In this document: one piece after another, positions 8,539 through 18,176 of the stretch
How positions within the stretch are numbered: the first letter of the stretch is position 1
Layout: every line of letters starts with the position of its first letter
Source of the DNA: Eubacteriales bacterium
GTDB taxonomy: Bacteria; Bacillota; Clostridia; Oscillospirales; CAG-272
Assembly (NCBI GenBank): GCA_045533315.1
Contig: JAZSHN010000101.1
Span: forward strand, 1-33,066
Length of the DNA stretch: 33,066 nucleotides
Direction of reading: 5' to 3'
Translations under genes and position numbers: made by a program
The notes under the pieces: generated by a model
Database searches by the model: none
What the model was told of the DNA's origin: nothing
What the model saw: only the letters and a program-made list of their open reading frames with translations

Positions 8539-9242
8539 CTCTCGGTATCTTCGACAGCGGAGAGGGGGGCAATAACCTCCTTCGCTTTGCAAGAGAGAGA
8601 AACCGCGCGGACGACATAATCTTCCTTTGCGACAGGGGGCGCGCGCCCTATGGCACGAAACGGGATTATGAGCTTTCGGGCATTGTAAACGAAAACATAA
8701 ATCGGTTAAAGGAAATGGGTGCGGAAAGGATAGTTATTGCCTGCTGCACCGCCTGCACGGTTTTCGGCACCGTGGAGGATAAGGTCGGGGTATACCCGAT
8801 ACTTTCAAGGGCGGCAAAGCGCGCCGAAAAAATTTCAAAATCAAAAATCGCCGTTATCGCAACGGGAAGGACAGTTGCCTCCCACGCATTCGGCTCCGCC
8901 ATCAAGGGGCGAGAGGTCGTGGAGATAGAGGCACAGCCGCTTGTCGGAATTATAGACGGCGGAGAGAGCGACGGTGCATACTCCCCCTCCACCGAAAGAA
9001 TTTTATACGAGCTTTTAAAAAGGGCGGAGGGTGCGGATACCCTCGTTCTCGGATGCACGCATTTTTCCTCGCTAAAGGGTCTTGCGGCACGGGTCGGTGC
9101 GGAGCTTGGCATAACGAATATTGTAGATGCGGCACGGGTCGGTGCGGAGCTTGTCCCGAAAAGAGAGGGCGAGGGCGGTATAGATTACGTGTTCAAAACA
9201 AAAAATAACGGCACGCCCATTGCCTTGCGGCAGGGGTGGTAA
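8535..9242 (+). CDS. murI: Glutamate racemase (divergent)
   Basis: GIFDSGEGG, PYGTK, IACCTA and LGCTHF motifs, with both catalytic Cys present; ATGA overlap with ddl. Confidence 0.85.
   Translation: MTLGIFDSGEGGNNLLRFARERNRADDIIFLCDRGRAPYGTKRDYELSGIVNENINRLKEMGAERIVIACCTACTVFGTVEDKVGVYPILSRAAKRAEKISKSKIAVIATGRTVASHAFGSAIKGREVVEIEAQPLVGIIDGGESDGAYSPSTERILYELLKRAEGADTLVLGCTHFSSLKGLAARVGAELGITNIVDAARVGAELVPKREGEGGIDYVFKTKNNGTPIALRQGW
9083..9153 (+). repeat. Exact 26-bp direct repeat within murI
   Basis: tgcggcacgggtcggtgcggagcttg at 9083-9108 and 9128-9153, encoding AARVGAEL twice. Confidence 0.9.
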
Positions 9243-9452
9243 AGATGCAAAGAGGCACACCCTTCGCACCTTCGGCGAGGGTATTAAAGGATAGAAAGAG
9301 GCGCGCCCTTTGCGTTATGGAAATGTAAAAAGGGCAGCAAAAGAAAAACCGCCGTACCCTTTGCCCTTTGGCAAGGACGGCAAAACAATAAAAGAGATAA
9401 CAATTGCCCCGCGCGGGGCGTCAAAATACAGATAAAAGGCGAGGACGTAAAA

Positions 9453-9821
9453 ATGGCAAAATACAGACGCGGAAGAATAAACGATGCGGTGGCAAAGGAG
9501 CTTGCAATCGCGCTCGGTAACGTGAGAGAGCCAAAGGTTGTAAATAACTTTGTAAGCATTACGAGGGCGGAGGTTGCCCCCGACCTTAAATACGCTACCG
9601 TATATTTTTCCTGTATGGGCGACTGGAAGGAGGCGGCGGAGGGTCTTAAAAAATGCACCGGTATGCTTCGCCACCATCTTGCGGTAACCCTTAATCTCCG
9701 TATAACTCCGGAGCTTAATTTCGTGAAGGACGGCTCGATAGAGCACGGTGCGAGAATTGCAAGAATTCTCGAGGAAATAAAGACCGACCCCCCCGCCACG
9801 GCGGACGAGGACGGCGAATAA
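9453..9821 (+). CDS. rbfA: Ribosome-binding factor A
   Basis: YRRGRINDAV..EL, VSITRAEVAPDLKYATVY and LRITPELNFVKDGSIEHGARI. Confidence 0.95.
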   Translation: MAKYRRGRINDAVAKELAIALGNVREPKVVNNFVSITRAEVAPDLKYATVYFSCMGDWKEAAEGLKKCTGMLRHHLAVTLNLRITPELNFVKDGSIEHGARIARILEEIKTDPPATADEDGE

Positions 9822-9832
9822 TCGGGGGCGGT

Positions 9833-10285
9833 ATGGATTTCAGACGCTCTACCCCGTTTGATGCGCCGAAAATGGCGGCTCTTGAGGCGAGGTGCTTTCC
9901 CGACCCGTGGAGCGAAAGGGATTTTCAGGACCTCATCTGCACGGAGGGAGCTATGTGCTTTTCGGCAGTCGAGGGGGAAAGGCTTGTTGCCTTTGTTGCG
10001 GGGCGGATAATCGCGCCCGAGGGGGAGATTTACCGCGTTGCGGTTGACCCCGAATACAGGCGGCGCGGCTATGGCTACCGACTTCTTGACTATGCGATGA
10101 AAACCTCCCGCGGTGCTGGACTTGAAACCGCGTTTTTGGAGGTCAGGGCGAGCAACATCGCCGCGCGAAGGCTCTATCTCGCATACGGCTTTAAGGAAGT
10201 GTCGGTGCGTAAAAATTATTACAAAAGCCCAACGGAGGACGCGGTTATTATGATAAAGGCAAGCCGCGCCGACCTTGAAAATTAA
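9833..10285 (+). CDS. rimI: Ribosomal-protein-alanine N-acetyltransferase (GNAT)
   Basis: FPDPWS, AVDPEYRRRGYG, LEVRASN..A..LY...GF and RKNYY..PTEDA. Confidence 0.93.
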   Translation: MDFRRSTPFDAPKMAALEARCFPDPWSERDFQDLICTEGAMCFSAVEGERLVAFVAGRIIAPEGEIYRVAVDPEYRRRGYGYRLLDYAMKTSRGAGLETAFLEVRASNIAARRLYLAYGFKEVSVRKNYYKSPTEDAVIMIKASRADLEN

Positions 10286-10369
10286 AGCATTTTTCGGCTG
10301 TACATAAGGCAAAATCTGACACGGGGCGGTCTTTACCGCCCAAGTCAATTCAAAAAGCAAGGACAAGCA

Positions 10370-11449
10370 ATGAACATTTTAGCATTTGAAAGCTCGTGTG
10401 ACGAGACCTCTGCCGCGGTTGTTGCGCGGGAGGGCGAGCGCTTTATCATAAAATCGAATATCATAGCATCGCAGGTAGACACCCACCGTCTTTACGGCGG
10501 AGTCGTACCCGAAATTGCGAGCCGCGCCCATATCGAGGCGATAAGCTCCATCACCTACGAGGCATTGGAGGTCGCGGGCGTTAGTATGGAGGACATCGAC
10601 GCGGTTGCCGTAACCTCCAACCCCGGTCTTATCGGTGCGCTTCTTGTTGGGGTGAATTTTGCAAAGGCACTTGCCTTTGCAAATAACAAGCCGCTTATCC
10701 CCGTCGACCACATAAAGGGGCATATCGCCGCGGCATATCTTTCGGGCGAGGACCTGCCAAAGCCGCCGTTTATCGCGCTTACCGTTTCGGGAGGTCACAC
10801 GGCAATTTATCACGTAACCGATTACAATACCGCGATAACCCTCGGCGAGACGAGGGACGACGCAATCGGCGAGGCATTTGACAAAATCGGACGAATTATC
10901 GGAATTCCGTATCCCGCGGGGCGCGGCTTTGACGAGCTTTCCACCCTGGGATTTATAGAGGCAACGGGCGACCCCGTCGGCTTTCACAAGAAATACAAAA
11001 AAAGCGAGGCATACAAGGACCCCGCAATGGCACTTCCCTCCCCCGCGGTAAAGGACGACAGCCTTGATTTTTCCTTCTCGGGTCTTAAAACCGCGGCAAT
11101 AAATCTTATACATAAATACGAGCTAAAGGGGGTAGAGCTTCCCCGCGCGCTTTTCGCCGCAAGATACACCTTCGAGGCTGTGGAGGGCGTAGCCAAAAAG
11201 CTCTCTATGGCGCTTGACAGACACCCGAGGTGCGACCTTGTCCTTTCGGGCGGAGTTGCGGCAAACTCCCACCTTCGCAGAAGGCTCTCGGAGCTTGCGG
11301 CGGCAAAGGGCATCAAGCTTTATATGCCACCCGTGTCACTTTGCGGTGACAATGCGGCAATGATTGCGGCACAGGGATACTACGATTTTCTGGCGGGAAA
11401 GCGCGCCGACACTTCGCTTAATGCGAGCGCGCAGGACAGCATCGACTGA
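10370..11449 (+). CDS. tsaD: tRNA N6-adenosine threonylcarbamoyltransferase
   Basis: ESSCDETSAA, GGVVPEIASRAH, HIKGH, VSGGHT, TRDDAIGEAFDK, FSFSGLKT and DNAAMIA. Confidence 0.97.
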   Translation: MNILAFESSCDETSAAVVAREGERFIIKSNIIASQVDTHRLYGGVVPEIASRAHIEAISSITYEALEVAGVSMEDIDAVAVTSNPGLIGALLVGVNFAKALAFANNKPLIPVDHIKGHIAAAYLSGEDLPKPPFIALTVSGGHTAIYHVTDYNTAITLGETRDDAIGEAFDKIGRIIGIPYPAGRGFDELSTLGFIEATGDPVGFHKKYKKSEAYKDPAMALPSPAVKDDSLDFSFSGLKTAAINLIHKYELKGVELPRALFAARYTFEAVEGVAKKLSMALDRHPRCDLVLSGGVAANSHLRRRLSELAAAKGIKLYMPPVSLCGDNAAMIAAQGYYDFLAGKRADTSLNASAQDSID

Positions 11450-11463
11450 CAAAGGAGAAGCAA

Positions 11464-12162
11464 ATGGATAAAAACAACAGAGTAAATTTCGCACAAAGGG
11501 CGACAGAGCCGACAAAAACCGCAGTGCCGGCGGCGGTTATAAAAAGGCTTCCGCGCTATCACAGATTTCTCGGCGAGCTTTTGCGAGAGGGCAGAGGCAG
11601 AATTTCAAGCGCAGAGCTTTCAAAGATAATGGGAGTTACCGCCTCGCAAATCAGACAGGACCTTAACTGCTTCGGCGGCTTCGGACAGCAGGGCTACGGT
11701 TATAATATTGAGTATCTTTACGGAAAGATAAGCGAGCTGCTCGGCGTAAACGAGGGCTATCGCGCGGTTATCGTCGGCGCGGGCAACCTCGGAAAGGCGC
11801 TTGCCGCAAGCCGTATGTTTGAAAGACGCGGTGTTAAAAAGCTCGCGCTTTTCGACGTTGACAGGTCTATTATCGGCACCGAAATTTACGGGCTTCCCGT
11901 TTACAGCATTGACGACCTTCACGATTATTGTGCCGAAAATTCGGTCGACATCGGCATTCTCACAGTGCCAAAGGAGGCGGCGCACCACGTCGCCGCAACC
12001 CTTGTGCTTTCGGGTGTCAGCGGAATTTGGAATTTTGCAAGCACCGAGCTTCAGCTCCACGACAGCGGAGTGGTGATTGAAAACATACACCTCGGCGACT
12101 CGCTTATGACGCTTTGCTACGAGCTGAAGTCAAACGGTGCGCCAAAAACGGAAGAGGAATAA
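11464..12162 (+). CDS. rex: Redox-sensing transcriptional repressor Rex
   Basis: RLPRY.R.L, SQIRQDLNCFGGFGQQGYGY, GAGNLG and GIWNFA. Confidence 0.97.
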   Translation: MDKNNRVNFAQRATEPTKTAVPAAVIKRLPRYHRFLGELLREGRGRISSAELSKIMGVTASQIRQDLNCFGGFGQQGYGYNIEYLYGKISELLGVNEGYRAVIVGAGNLGKALAASRMFERRGVKKLALFDVDRSIIGTEIYGLPVYSIDDLHDYCAENSVDIGILTVPKEAAHHVAATLVLSGVSGIWNFASTELQLHDSGVVIENIHLGDSLMTLCYELKSNGAPKTEEE

Positions 12163-12164
12163 CA

Positions 12165-13187
12165 ATGACCTTTAAGATAAATTTAGACGGTCTTTCCGAG
12201 CTTGAGTGCTTTCAGGAGGCAAGCCGCGAGGAGCTTCGCATACTTCTTTCGCTATTAAGCCTTGATGGGAAAATAGTGAGTGAGGACGACCTCGCGCGTG
12301 TTGCGGGAGTATCCGCGGCAAGGTGCCGTGCGACCCTTGTGCTTTGGGAGGAGTGCGGCGTTATTACCAAGCTTGACGGCGAAACGGTAATCGACGAGTT
12401 TAAGGAAAGACGAAGCTCGGACGAAAGATACAACAAGCCCGCAGGTGCAGTGGCAAAAAGCGTCCGCGATGGCGAAATGGCCGAATTTCTTAACGAGTGT
12501 GCGAGAATTATGGGAAAGCCGACCCTTAATACCGAGGAGATAAAGGACCTTGAATACCTCATTACCGACAGGGGTGTGTCAAAGGAGTTTTTGCTTATCC
12601 TTATCGCTCATCTTTGCGACAGAAAAAAGACGGTGACTCCGCGTATAGTGTTAAAAGAGGTCGAAAGGCTTGCGAAAAAGAATATCGACACGGCAGAGGA
12701 GCTTGAGAGCTACATAAGCAAGCTTGAAAAAACGACAAACGAGGAATGGGAATTCCGTCGCAAATTCGAGCTTTTCCGTCCGCTTTCGGACACCGAGCTT
12801 TCATACGTTAAAAAGTGGATGGGTGATTTCGGATTTGATATTGAAATTGTTTTTGCGGCATACGGAGCAGCAACAAAAACCGTATCACCGAACGTTCCGT
12901 TTTCAAGAATGGACAAAATCCTCACCGCTTGGCACGAAGCAGACTGTAAAACGGTAGCCGAATGTCTTTCAAGAGGAGAGGAATACCGCGAGGAAAAACG
13001 CAAAAAGGAAAAAGAGCAAAGGGACAAGGAAAAGGCAGAGGCGCTCTCCGCCGCGGGCGGCAAAAATCCCAAGCCTGAAAAAAGCAGAAAAGCAAAATAC
13101 AACAATTTTGACACCGAGGATGCCCTCCTTGCTGCTTTAAAGCGCAGCTACGGTGACGATTTTAAATTTGACGAGGACGAGGTTTAA
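12165..13187 (+). CDS. dnaD: DnaD/DnaB_2-domain replication protein
   Basis: Start MTFKIN after a GAGGA RBS. Two DnaD-like domains (LSDTELSYVKKW..DFGF; MDKILTAW), directly upstream of the loader ATPase. Confidence 0.8.
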   Translation: MTFKINLDGLSELECFQEASREELRILLSLLSLDGKIVSEDDLARVAGVSAARCRATLVLWEECGVITKLDGETVIDEFKERRSSDERYNKPAGAVAKSVRDGEMAEFLNECARIMGKPTLNTEEIKDLEYLITDRGVSKEFLLILIAHLCDRKKTVTPRIVLKEVERLAKKNIDTAEELESYISKLEKTTNEEWEFRRKFELFRPLSDTELSYVKKWMGDFGFDIEIVFAAYGAATKTVSPNVPFSRMDKILTAWHEADCKTVAECLSRGEEYREEKRKKEKEQRDKEKAEALSAAGGKNPKPEKSRKAKYNNFDTEDALLAALKRSYGDDFKFDEDEV

Positions 13188-13189
13188 AA

Positions 13190-14137
13190 ATGTATTCTAA
13201 AGAAAATTACAGACTCGCAAAAGAGGAAATAGAGGCAAGACGCGCGAATGCCGAGGCTACCGCAGAGGCAAGAAACGACGAGCTTCGCATTTTGTACAGC
13301 GAGATAAAAGAGATTGACGACGAGCTGACGGGTACGGGGCTTGCGCTTTTCAAGCTTGCCTGCTCGGGCGGCGACATTGCTCCGCTTCGCGCACGCAACG
13401 AGGAGCTTATGGCAAGGCGCAGAAAAATCCTCGTTGGACTTGGCTACCCCGCCGATTATACCGACGTGCATTACGTTTGTAAAGACTGCTCCGACACGGG
13501 CTTTGTCGGTACGAAAATGTGCAAATGCCTGAAGGAGCTGCTTATCACAAAAAATATTAAGTCGTCGGGAATCGGAAATCTCATCGAGAAGCAGTCGTTT
13601 GAGAATTTTGACCTTGAATGGTACAACGACGACCCAAACCGTTATATGCGAATGTGCGATAATTATGCGAAAGCAAAAAGCTTTGCAGATAATTTCGGTT
13701 CTCATCACCGCAATTTGCTTTTTATCGGCACAACGGGCACCGGAAAAACGCACCTTTCCACCGCGATAGCAAAGGTAATTATACATAAGGGCTATGACGT
13801 AATTTACGACAGCGTGCAGAATATACTGACCGACTTTGAAAACGACAGATTTCATTCGGGCTACGGTCAGAGGGAGGTTGAGAGCAACAAGTATCTCGAA
13901 TGCGACCTTCTCATAATAGACGATTTCGGAACCGAATTCGGCGGCCCGTTTTTCACGTCGACGCTCTACAACATAATCAACACCCGAATCAATCGCGGGC
14001 TGTCAACGATTATTTCAACCAATTTGGAGGCTAAAGAATTAAGAGCAAAATACGAGGGCAGAATAATCTCAAGACTTATCGGAAAGGATTTTGATATTCT
14101 GTACTTCGCAGGAAAGGACCACAGAACGGGAATGTAA
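13190..14137 (+). CDS. dnaC: DnaC/DnaI-type helicase loader ATPase (IstB-like family)
   Basis: CKDCSDTG..MCKC zinc motif, Walker A GTTGTGKT, Walker B LLIIDDFG, TIISTNL and RIISRL. Confidence 0.9.
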   Translation: MYSKENYRLAKEEIEARRANAEATAEARNDELRILYSEIKEIDDELTGTGLALFKLACSGGDIAPLRARNEELMARRRKILVGLGYPADYTDVHYVCKDCSDTGFVGTKMCKCLKELLITKNIKSSGIGNLIEKQSFENFDLEWYNDDPNRYMRMCDNYAKAKSFADNFGSHHRNLLFIGTTGTGKTHLSTAIAKVIIHKGYDVIYDSVQNILTDFENDRFHSGYGQREVESNKYLECDLLIIDDFGTEFGGPFFTSTLYNIINTRINRGLSTIISTNLEAKELRAKYEGRIISRLIGKDFDILYFAGKDHRTGM

Positions 14138-14156
14138 ATAACACTTTACATCACGT

Positions 14157-14193
14157 AAAATCGGCAGAGCGAGCGCTCTGCCGATTTTCTTTT
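14157..14193. terminator. Bidirectional intrinsic terminator
   Basis: aaaatcggcagagc-gagc-gctctgccgatttt between convergent dnaC and metH. Confidence 0.9.
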
Positions 14194-14242
14194 GCTTTTG
14201 TATTGATTTAATATTTGATTTACGGGTTAATTCGGGGTTGAT

Positions 14243-16606
14243 TTACCGTTTTATTTCGGTGTCCACGCGCTCCGCGTATCTTACCGCGCCCATCGCATCG
14301 GGGGCATAGGCATCCGCCCCAATCATTTCGGCATATTCTGCGGTAAGCACCGCGCCGCCGACGATAATTTTAACACGGGGTGCCTCCTTTTTGAGAAGTG
14401 CAACCGTTTCTGCCATTGCGGGTACGGTAGTTGTCATAAGAGCAGAGAGAGCGACGATTGCCGCATTATTCTCCCTTGCCGCATTTAAAACGCGGCTCGG
14501 CGGCACGTCACGTCCGAGGTCGATAACGCGAAAGCCGTAATTTTCAAGAAGCAGCCTTACTATATTTTTGCCGATGTCGTGAATATCCCCCTCCACGGTT
14601 GCGATAACCACAGTGGAGCGCGAGGGCTTTTCGCCGTTTGCCGATGCCGACTTGATTACCTCGAATGCGGCTGCCGCCGCCTCCGCCGCCGTGATAAGCG
14701 AGGGCAGATATATCTTTCCCGTTTCATAGCCGACACCAACCGCATCAAGCGCGGGAATAATATCCTCTCCGATTATATCGAGCGAGGCTTTGCTCTTTAT
14801 CAATTCGCCCGTTATTTTTGCCGCGCGGTCCTTCATTCCGCGCTCTATGGCACAGGAAAGCGTCATATCCGCATCGTTTACCGCGGCGCACTCGATTGCC
14901 CTCCCATTTGCATAGGAGAGATAGCCGACACAGCCCGCATCCCCGCCCGAAAGGGTCAGATACGCGTGATACGCACCCATAATTTTTTCTGCAAACGGGT
15001 TAAGAATTGCCGCCGAAAGCCCCGACGAAAGCGCCATCGTCAAAAAGGTCGCGTTGATGTTATCCCTTTCGGGCAGACCAAATGAAACGTTTGACACACC
15101 GAGCGAGGATTTGTAGCCCATATCGCCTATCATTTTTACCGCGCGCAGGGTCTCGTTTGCCGCGTTAATATTCGTGCTTACCGTCAGGCAAAGCGGGTCG
15201 AACACAAGCTCCCGCCCGTCAATTCCGTACCTCGCCGCCTCCTTGATAATTTTTTTCGCGACAGCCACCCTGCCCTCCGCGGTTTCGGGAATTCCGTCCT
15301 CGTCAAGCGTTATGCAGATAACCGCACCGCCGTATTTTTTAACAAGCGGGAAAATTTTATCCATGCTTTCCCTTTTTCCGCTTACAGAGTTGACGAGTGC
15401 CTTTCCGTTATAGACACGAAGCGCCGCCTCCATAGCCACAGGGTCGGAGCTGTCGATAACAAGCGGAAGTGAGGTTACCGCCTGAATTTCGCTTACTGCA
15501 CGGGGCAGAAGCTCTGCCTCGTTAATTTCGGGAAGCCCCACGTTTACGTCGAGAAGCTGACAGCCCGCCTCCTCCTCTTTAAGTGCCTCGCGGAGAATGT
15601 AGTCTATATCCCCGTCGCGAAGAGCCTCCTTAAAGCGTTTTTTACCCGTCGGATTAATTCGCTCTCCGATAACGGTGGGGGGCGTGCCGATTTTCACAAG
15701 CTGTGAGTAGGAGGTCACGGCGGTGTGCGCCTCTGCCGCGGGCTTTACGCGCGGTACTTTGCCTATCGCATCCGAAAGAGCCGAAATATATTCGGGCGCA
15801 GTACCGCAGCAGCCCCCGAGAGCCGAAGCTCCGAGCGCGGAAATTTCCGTCATAACGGCGGCAAAGTCGGCGGGTGAAACGTCGTAAACGGTGCGACCTC
15901 CCTCCATTCGCGGCATTCCCGCATTCGGTTTAATTAACACGGGTACGGTGGAGTATGCCAAAAGCCGACCCGCAACCTCCTTCATTTTATCGGGCCCGAC
16001 CGAGCAATTTGCACCAAGCATATCCACACCCATAGAGGACATTGTCACGGCGACAATTTCGGGTGTAGAGCCTGTAAAAAGCCGTCCGTCCGCGCCAAAG
16101 GCAAAGGATACGAAAAGCGGCAGATCGCACGCCTCCCTCACACCTATGACCGCGGCACGAGCCTCGTTAAGGTCGCCAAGGGTTTCGAGAAATACCGCGT
16201 CGACGCCCGCCTCCTTTCCGATTTTCGCAACAAAAGAAAACGCATCCACCGCGGCTTCAAATTCAAGGTCGCCGAGTGGCTTCAGCATTTTACCCGTAGG
16301 CCCTATATCAAGCGCGATAATGCAGTCACCCGCCGCCTCGCGCGCCCTTTTTGCACATTCCACGGCGGCATTCACGCTTGCGCGCAGGGCTTGCTCGTCC
16401 ATTTTGAATTGATTTGCTCCAAAGGTGTTGGTGCATATAACACGCGCACCCGCCCTTATATATTCGGCGTGAATTTCGGTGACCGCTTCGGGGTGGGAAA
16501 GGCACCATTCCTCGGGCGGAGTGCCGACGGGGAGACCGCGAGAGAGCAAAAGGCTTCCCATTCCGCCGTCAAGCATCAATATTTTATCGTCAAGAGAAAA
16601 TCTCAT
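14243..16606 (-). CDS. metH: Cobalamin-dependent methionine synthase (homocysteine, pterin and B12-binding domains; no activation domain)
   Basis: DGGMG, TNTFGAN, GANC, GGCCGT, IGERINPTGKK, GVSNVSFG and GDIHDIGKNIV motifs. The start is MRFSLD after an AAAGGAG RBS. Confidence 0.93.
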   Translation of the reverse strand: MRFSLDDKILMLDGGMGSLLLSRGLPVGTPPEEWCLSHPEAVTEIHAEYIRAGARVICTNTFGANQFKMDEQALRASVNAAVECAKRAREAAGDCIIALDIGPTGKMLKPLGDLEFEAAVDAFSFVAKIGKEAGVDAVFLETLGDLNEARAAVIGVREACDLPLFVSFAFGADGRLFTGSTPEIVAVTMSSMGVDMLGANCSVGPDKMKEVAGRLLAYSTVPVLIKPNAGMPRMEGGRTVYDVSPADFAAVMTEISALGASALGGCCGTAPEYISALSDAIGKVPRVKPAAEAHTAVTSYSQLVKIGTPPTVIGERINPTGKKRFKEALRDGDIDYILREALKEEEAGCQLLDVNVGLPEINEAELLPRAVSEIQAVTSLPLVIDSSDPVAMEAALRVYNGKALVNSVSGKRESMDKIFPLVKKYGGAVICITLDEDGIPETAEGRVAVAKKIIKEAARYGIDGRELVFDPLCLTVSTNINAANETLRAVKMIGDMGYKSSLGVSNVSFGLPERDNINATFLTMALSSGLSAAILNPFAEKIMGAYHAYLTLSGGDAGCVGYLSYANGRAIECAAVNDADMTLSCAIERGMKDRAAKITGELIKSKASLDIIGEDIIPALDAVGVGYETGKIYLPSLITAAEAAAAAFEVIKSASANGEKPSRSTVVIATVEGDIHDIGKNIVRLLLENYGFRVIDLGRDVPPSRVLNAARENNAAIVALSALMTTTVPAMAETVALLKKEAPRVKIIVGGAVLTAEYAEMIGADAYAPDAMGAVRYAERVDTEIKR

Positions 16607-16676
16607 AAATGCTCCTTTCCGTCGCAAGCGCGACAAGCGAAAAATAAATTTGGGGCGGTTGGAAAAGAGGGCTTGC

Positions 16677-17279
16677 CTATCGGCTTTTCTCGCAAATTCC
16701 GACAATCGCGCTGACCGATTTTGTAGGTGTCATCAAAAGCCCGTCGGTAAGTCCCACGCCGATTTTTCCCTCGGGCGAGAGCAGACGGAATATTTCGCGC
16801 TGAAATTCAAGCGAAAGGTCGCCGTAGCCCGGGCTGAAGCGAGGTCTTACCTCACGTCCCAAAGCCTCCGCTTGCTCGGCAAGCTCGCGACAAAAGAGGT
16901 CGCAAAGCATCTCCACCCGTTCGGAGGCGAGTGCCGAAATCGCAAGAGCGAGCGACGGCGACAGGCTTGAATACCGCTTAATAAGCCTATCCGCCTCTAT
17001 TCCGACGGTAGCAACGAAAACAACAGCACGCGTCGCACCGAAAGCTCGTCCCGCAAGTCCGCGAGAGCTGCAATTCAGCCCGCCGAGTCTTACCTCGTCG
17101 CCCGACACCGAAAGGGGTAGCTCGGTGTAGCAGACGCGGGGAGAAAGCCGCGGCAAAAGCTCCGCCTCCGCGCGGGACAAAAGAGCCGAATGCTCCTCCG
17201 TCGCAGCCTTTACACACATATGACGTAGCGCCTCCGCCACGTCGGGGGGCGGAAGAATATAATTTTTTACAAATACCAT
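16677..17279 (-). CDS. Stand-alone methionine synthase activation (SAM-binding) domain protein
   Basis: RFSPGYGDL and MTPTKSVSAIVG; located between metF and metH. Confidence 0.88.
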   Translation of the reverse strand: MVFVKNYILPPPDVAEALRHMCVKAATEEHSALLSRAEAELLPRLSPRVCYTELPLSVSGDEVRLGGLNCSSRGLAGRAFGATRAVVFVATVGIEADRLIKRYSSLSPSLALAISALASERVEMLCDLFCRELAEQAEALGREVRPRFSPGYGDLSLEFQREIFRLLSPEGKIGVGLTDGLLMTPTKSVSAIVGICEKSR

Positions 17280-17297
17280 TTTTACTCCGAGTGGGGT

Positions 17298-18176
17298 TTA
17301 CTTTCCGATTATATCCGAAAGGTTTTCGGTGATTTTTTCTGCCACGTGCGGCTTATTCATCGAGTACACGTGCACGCTTTTGACCCCCATTGCAAAGAGG
17401 TCGATTATCTGGTCGGTGGCGTAGGCTATGCCCGCCTGACACATTGCGGCGGGGTCGTCGCCAAACCTTTCGAGAAGTGCCGTATATCTGCGCGGAAGAT
17501 AACAGCCCGAAAGCTCCACCGCGCGCTTGATTTGCCTTGCATCGGTGATGGGCATAATTCCCGCAACCGTCGGCACGCTTATTCCCGCGCCCTGCGCCCT
17601 GTCAAGAAAGTCATAGAAAAGACCGTTGTCGAAAAACATCTGTGTGGTAAGGAAATCCACCCCCGCATCAACCTTTTCCTTTAAATGACAAAGGTCCTCC
17701 GTCGCTGATTTGCTTTCGGGATGCCCCTCGGGATAGCATGCCGCCCCGATACAAAGGTCATACCCGCCCGCGCGTATCTCGCGTATAAGGTCGGAGGCAA
17801 AGCGATAGTCAAGACGGGCGCGGTCCCCCTCGTCAAAGTCGCGCGGAATATCTCCGCGAAGCGCCATAACGTTTTTTATTCCCATTTTCGTCATATCCGA
17901 AAGCCTTTCCCCAACGGTTTTTCTCGTGGAGGAAACACAGGTCAGATGAGCAACGGTGGGGACACCGTATTTTTTCTCTATGCTGCTTGCAAGCTCAAGG
18001 GTATATCGGCTCGTGCCGCCGCCCGCACCGTAGGTCACGCTCATAAAAGACGGCGAAAGCGCGGCAATTTCCTCGGTCGCGCGCATCACGCTTTCAAAGG
18101 CGGTGTCGGTTTTGGGAGGAAATACCTCAAAGGAAAGCGAAAGCCCCTCCCGCTTGAATATATCTGTCAATTTCAT
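17298..18176 (-). CDS. metF: 5,10-methylenetetrahydrofolate reductase
   Basis: SFEVFPPK, SVTYGAGG, AHLTC, ALRGD, YPEGHPE and TQMFFD. The start is MKLTD after GAGG. Confidence 0.96.
   Translation of the reverse strand: MKLTDIFKREGLSLSFEVFPPKTDTAFESVMRATEEIAALSPSFMSVTYGAGGGTSRYTLELASSIEKKYGVPTVAHLTCVSSTRKTVGERLSDMTKMGIKNVMALRGDIPRDFDEGDRARLDYRFASDLIREIRAGGYDLCIGAACYPEGHPESKSATEDLCHLKEKVDAGVDFLTTQMFFDNGLFYDFLDRAQGAGISVPTVAGIMPITDARQIKRAVELSGCYLPRRYTALLERFGDDPAAMCQAGIAYATDQIIDLFAMGVKSVHVYSMNKPHVAEKITENLSDIIGK

Noticed and set aside
9284-10366. 360-aa minus-strand ORF
   Set aside because: It is antisense to the clearly identified rbfA and rimI.
13190-14137. IS21 IstB or prophage replication module
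   Set aside because: No IstA, inverted repeats or phage genes. A DnaD plus Zn-finger loader pair is the usual chromosomal arrangement in Clostridia.
14243-17279. Split MetH as a novelty
   Set aside because: A separate activation subunit is already known (Thermotoga, many Clostridia).
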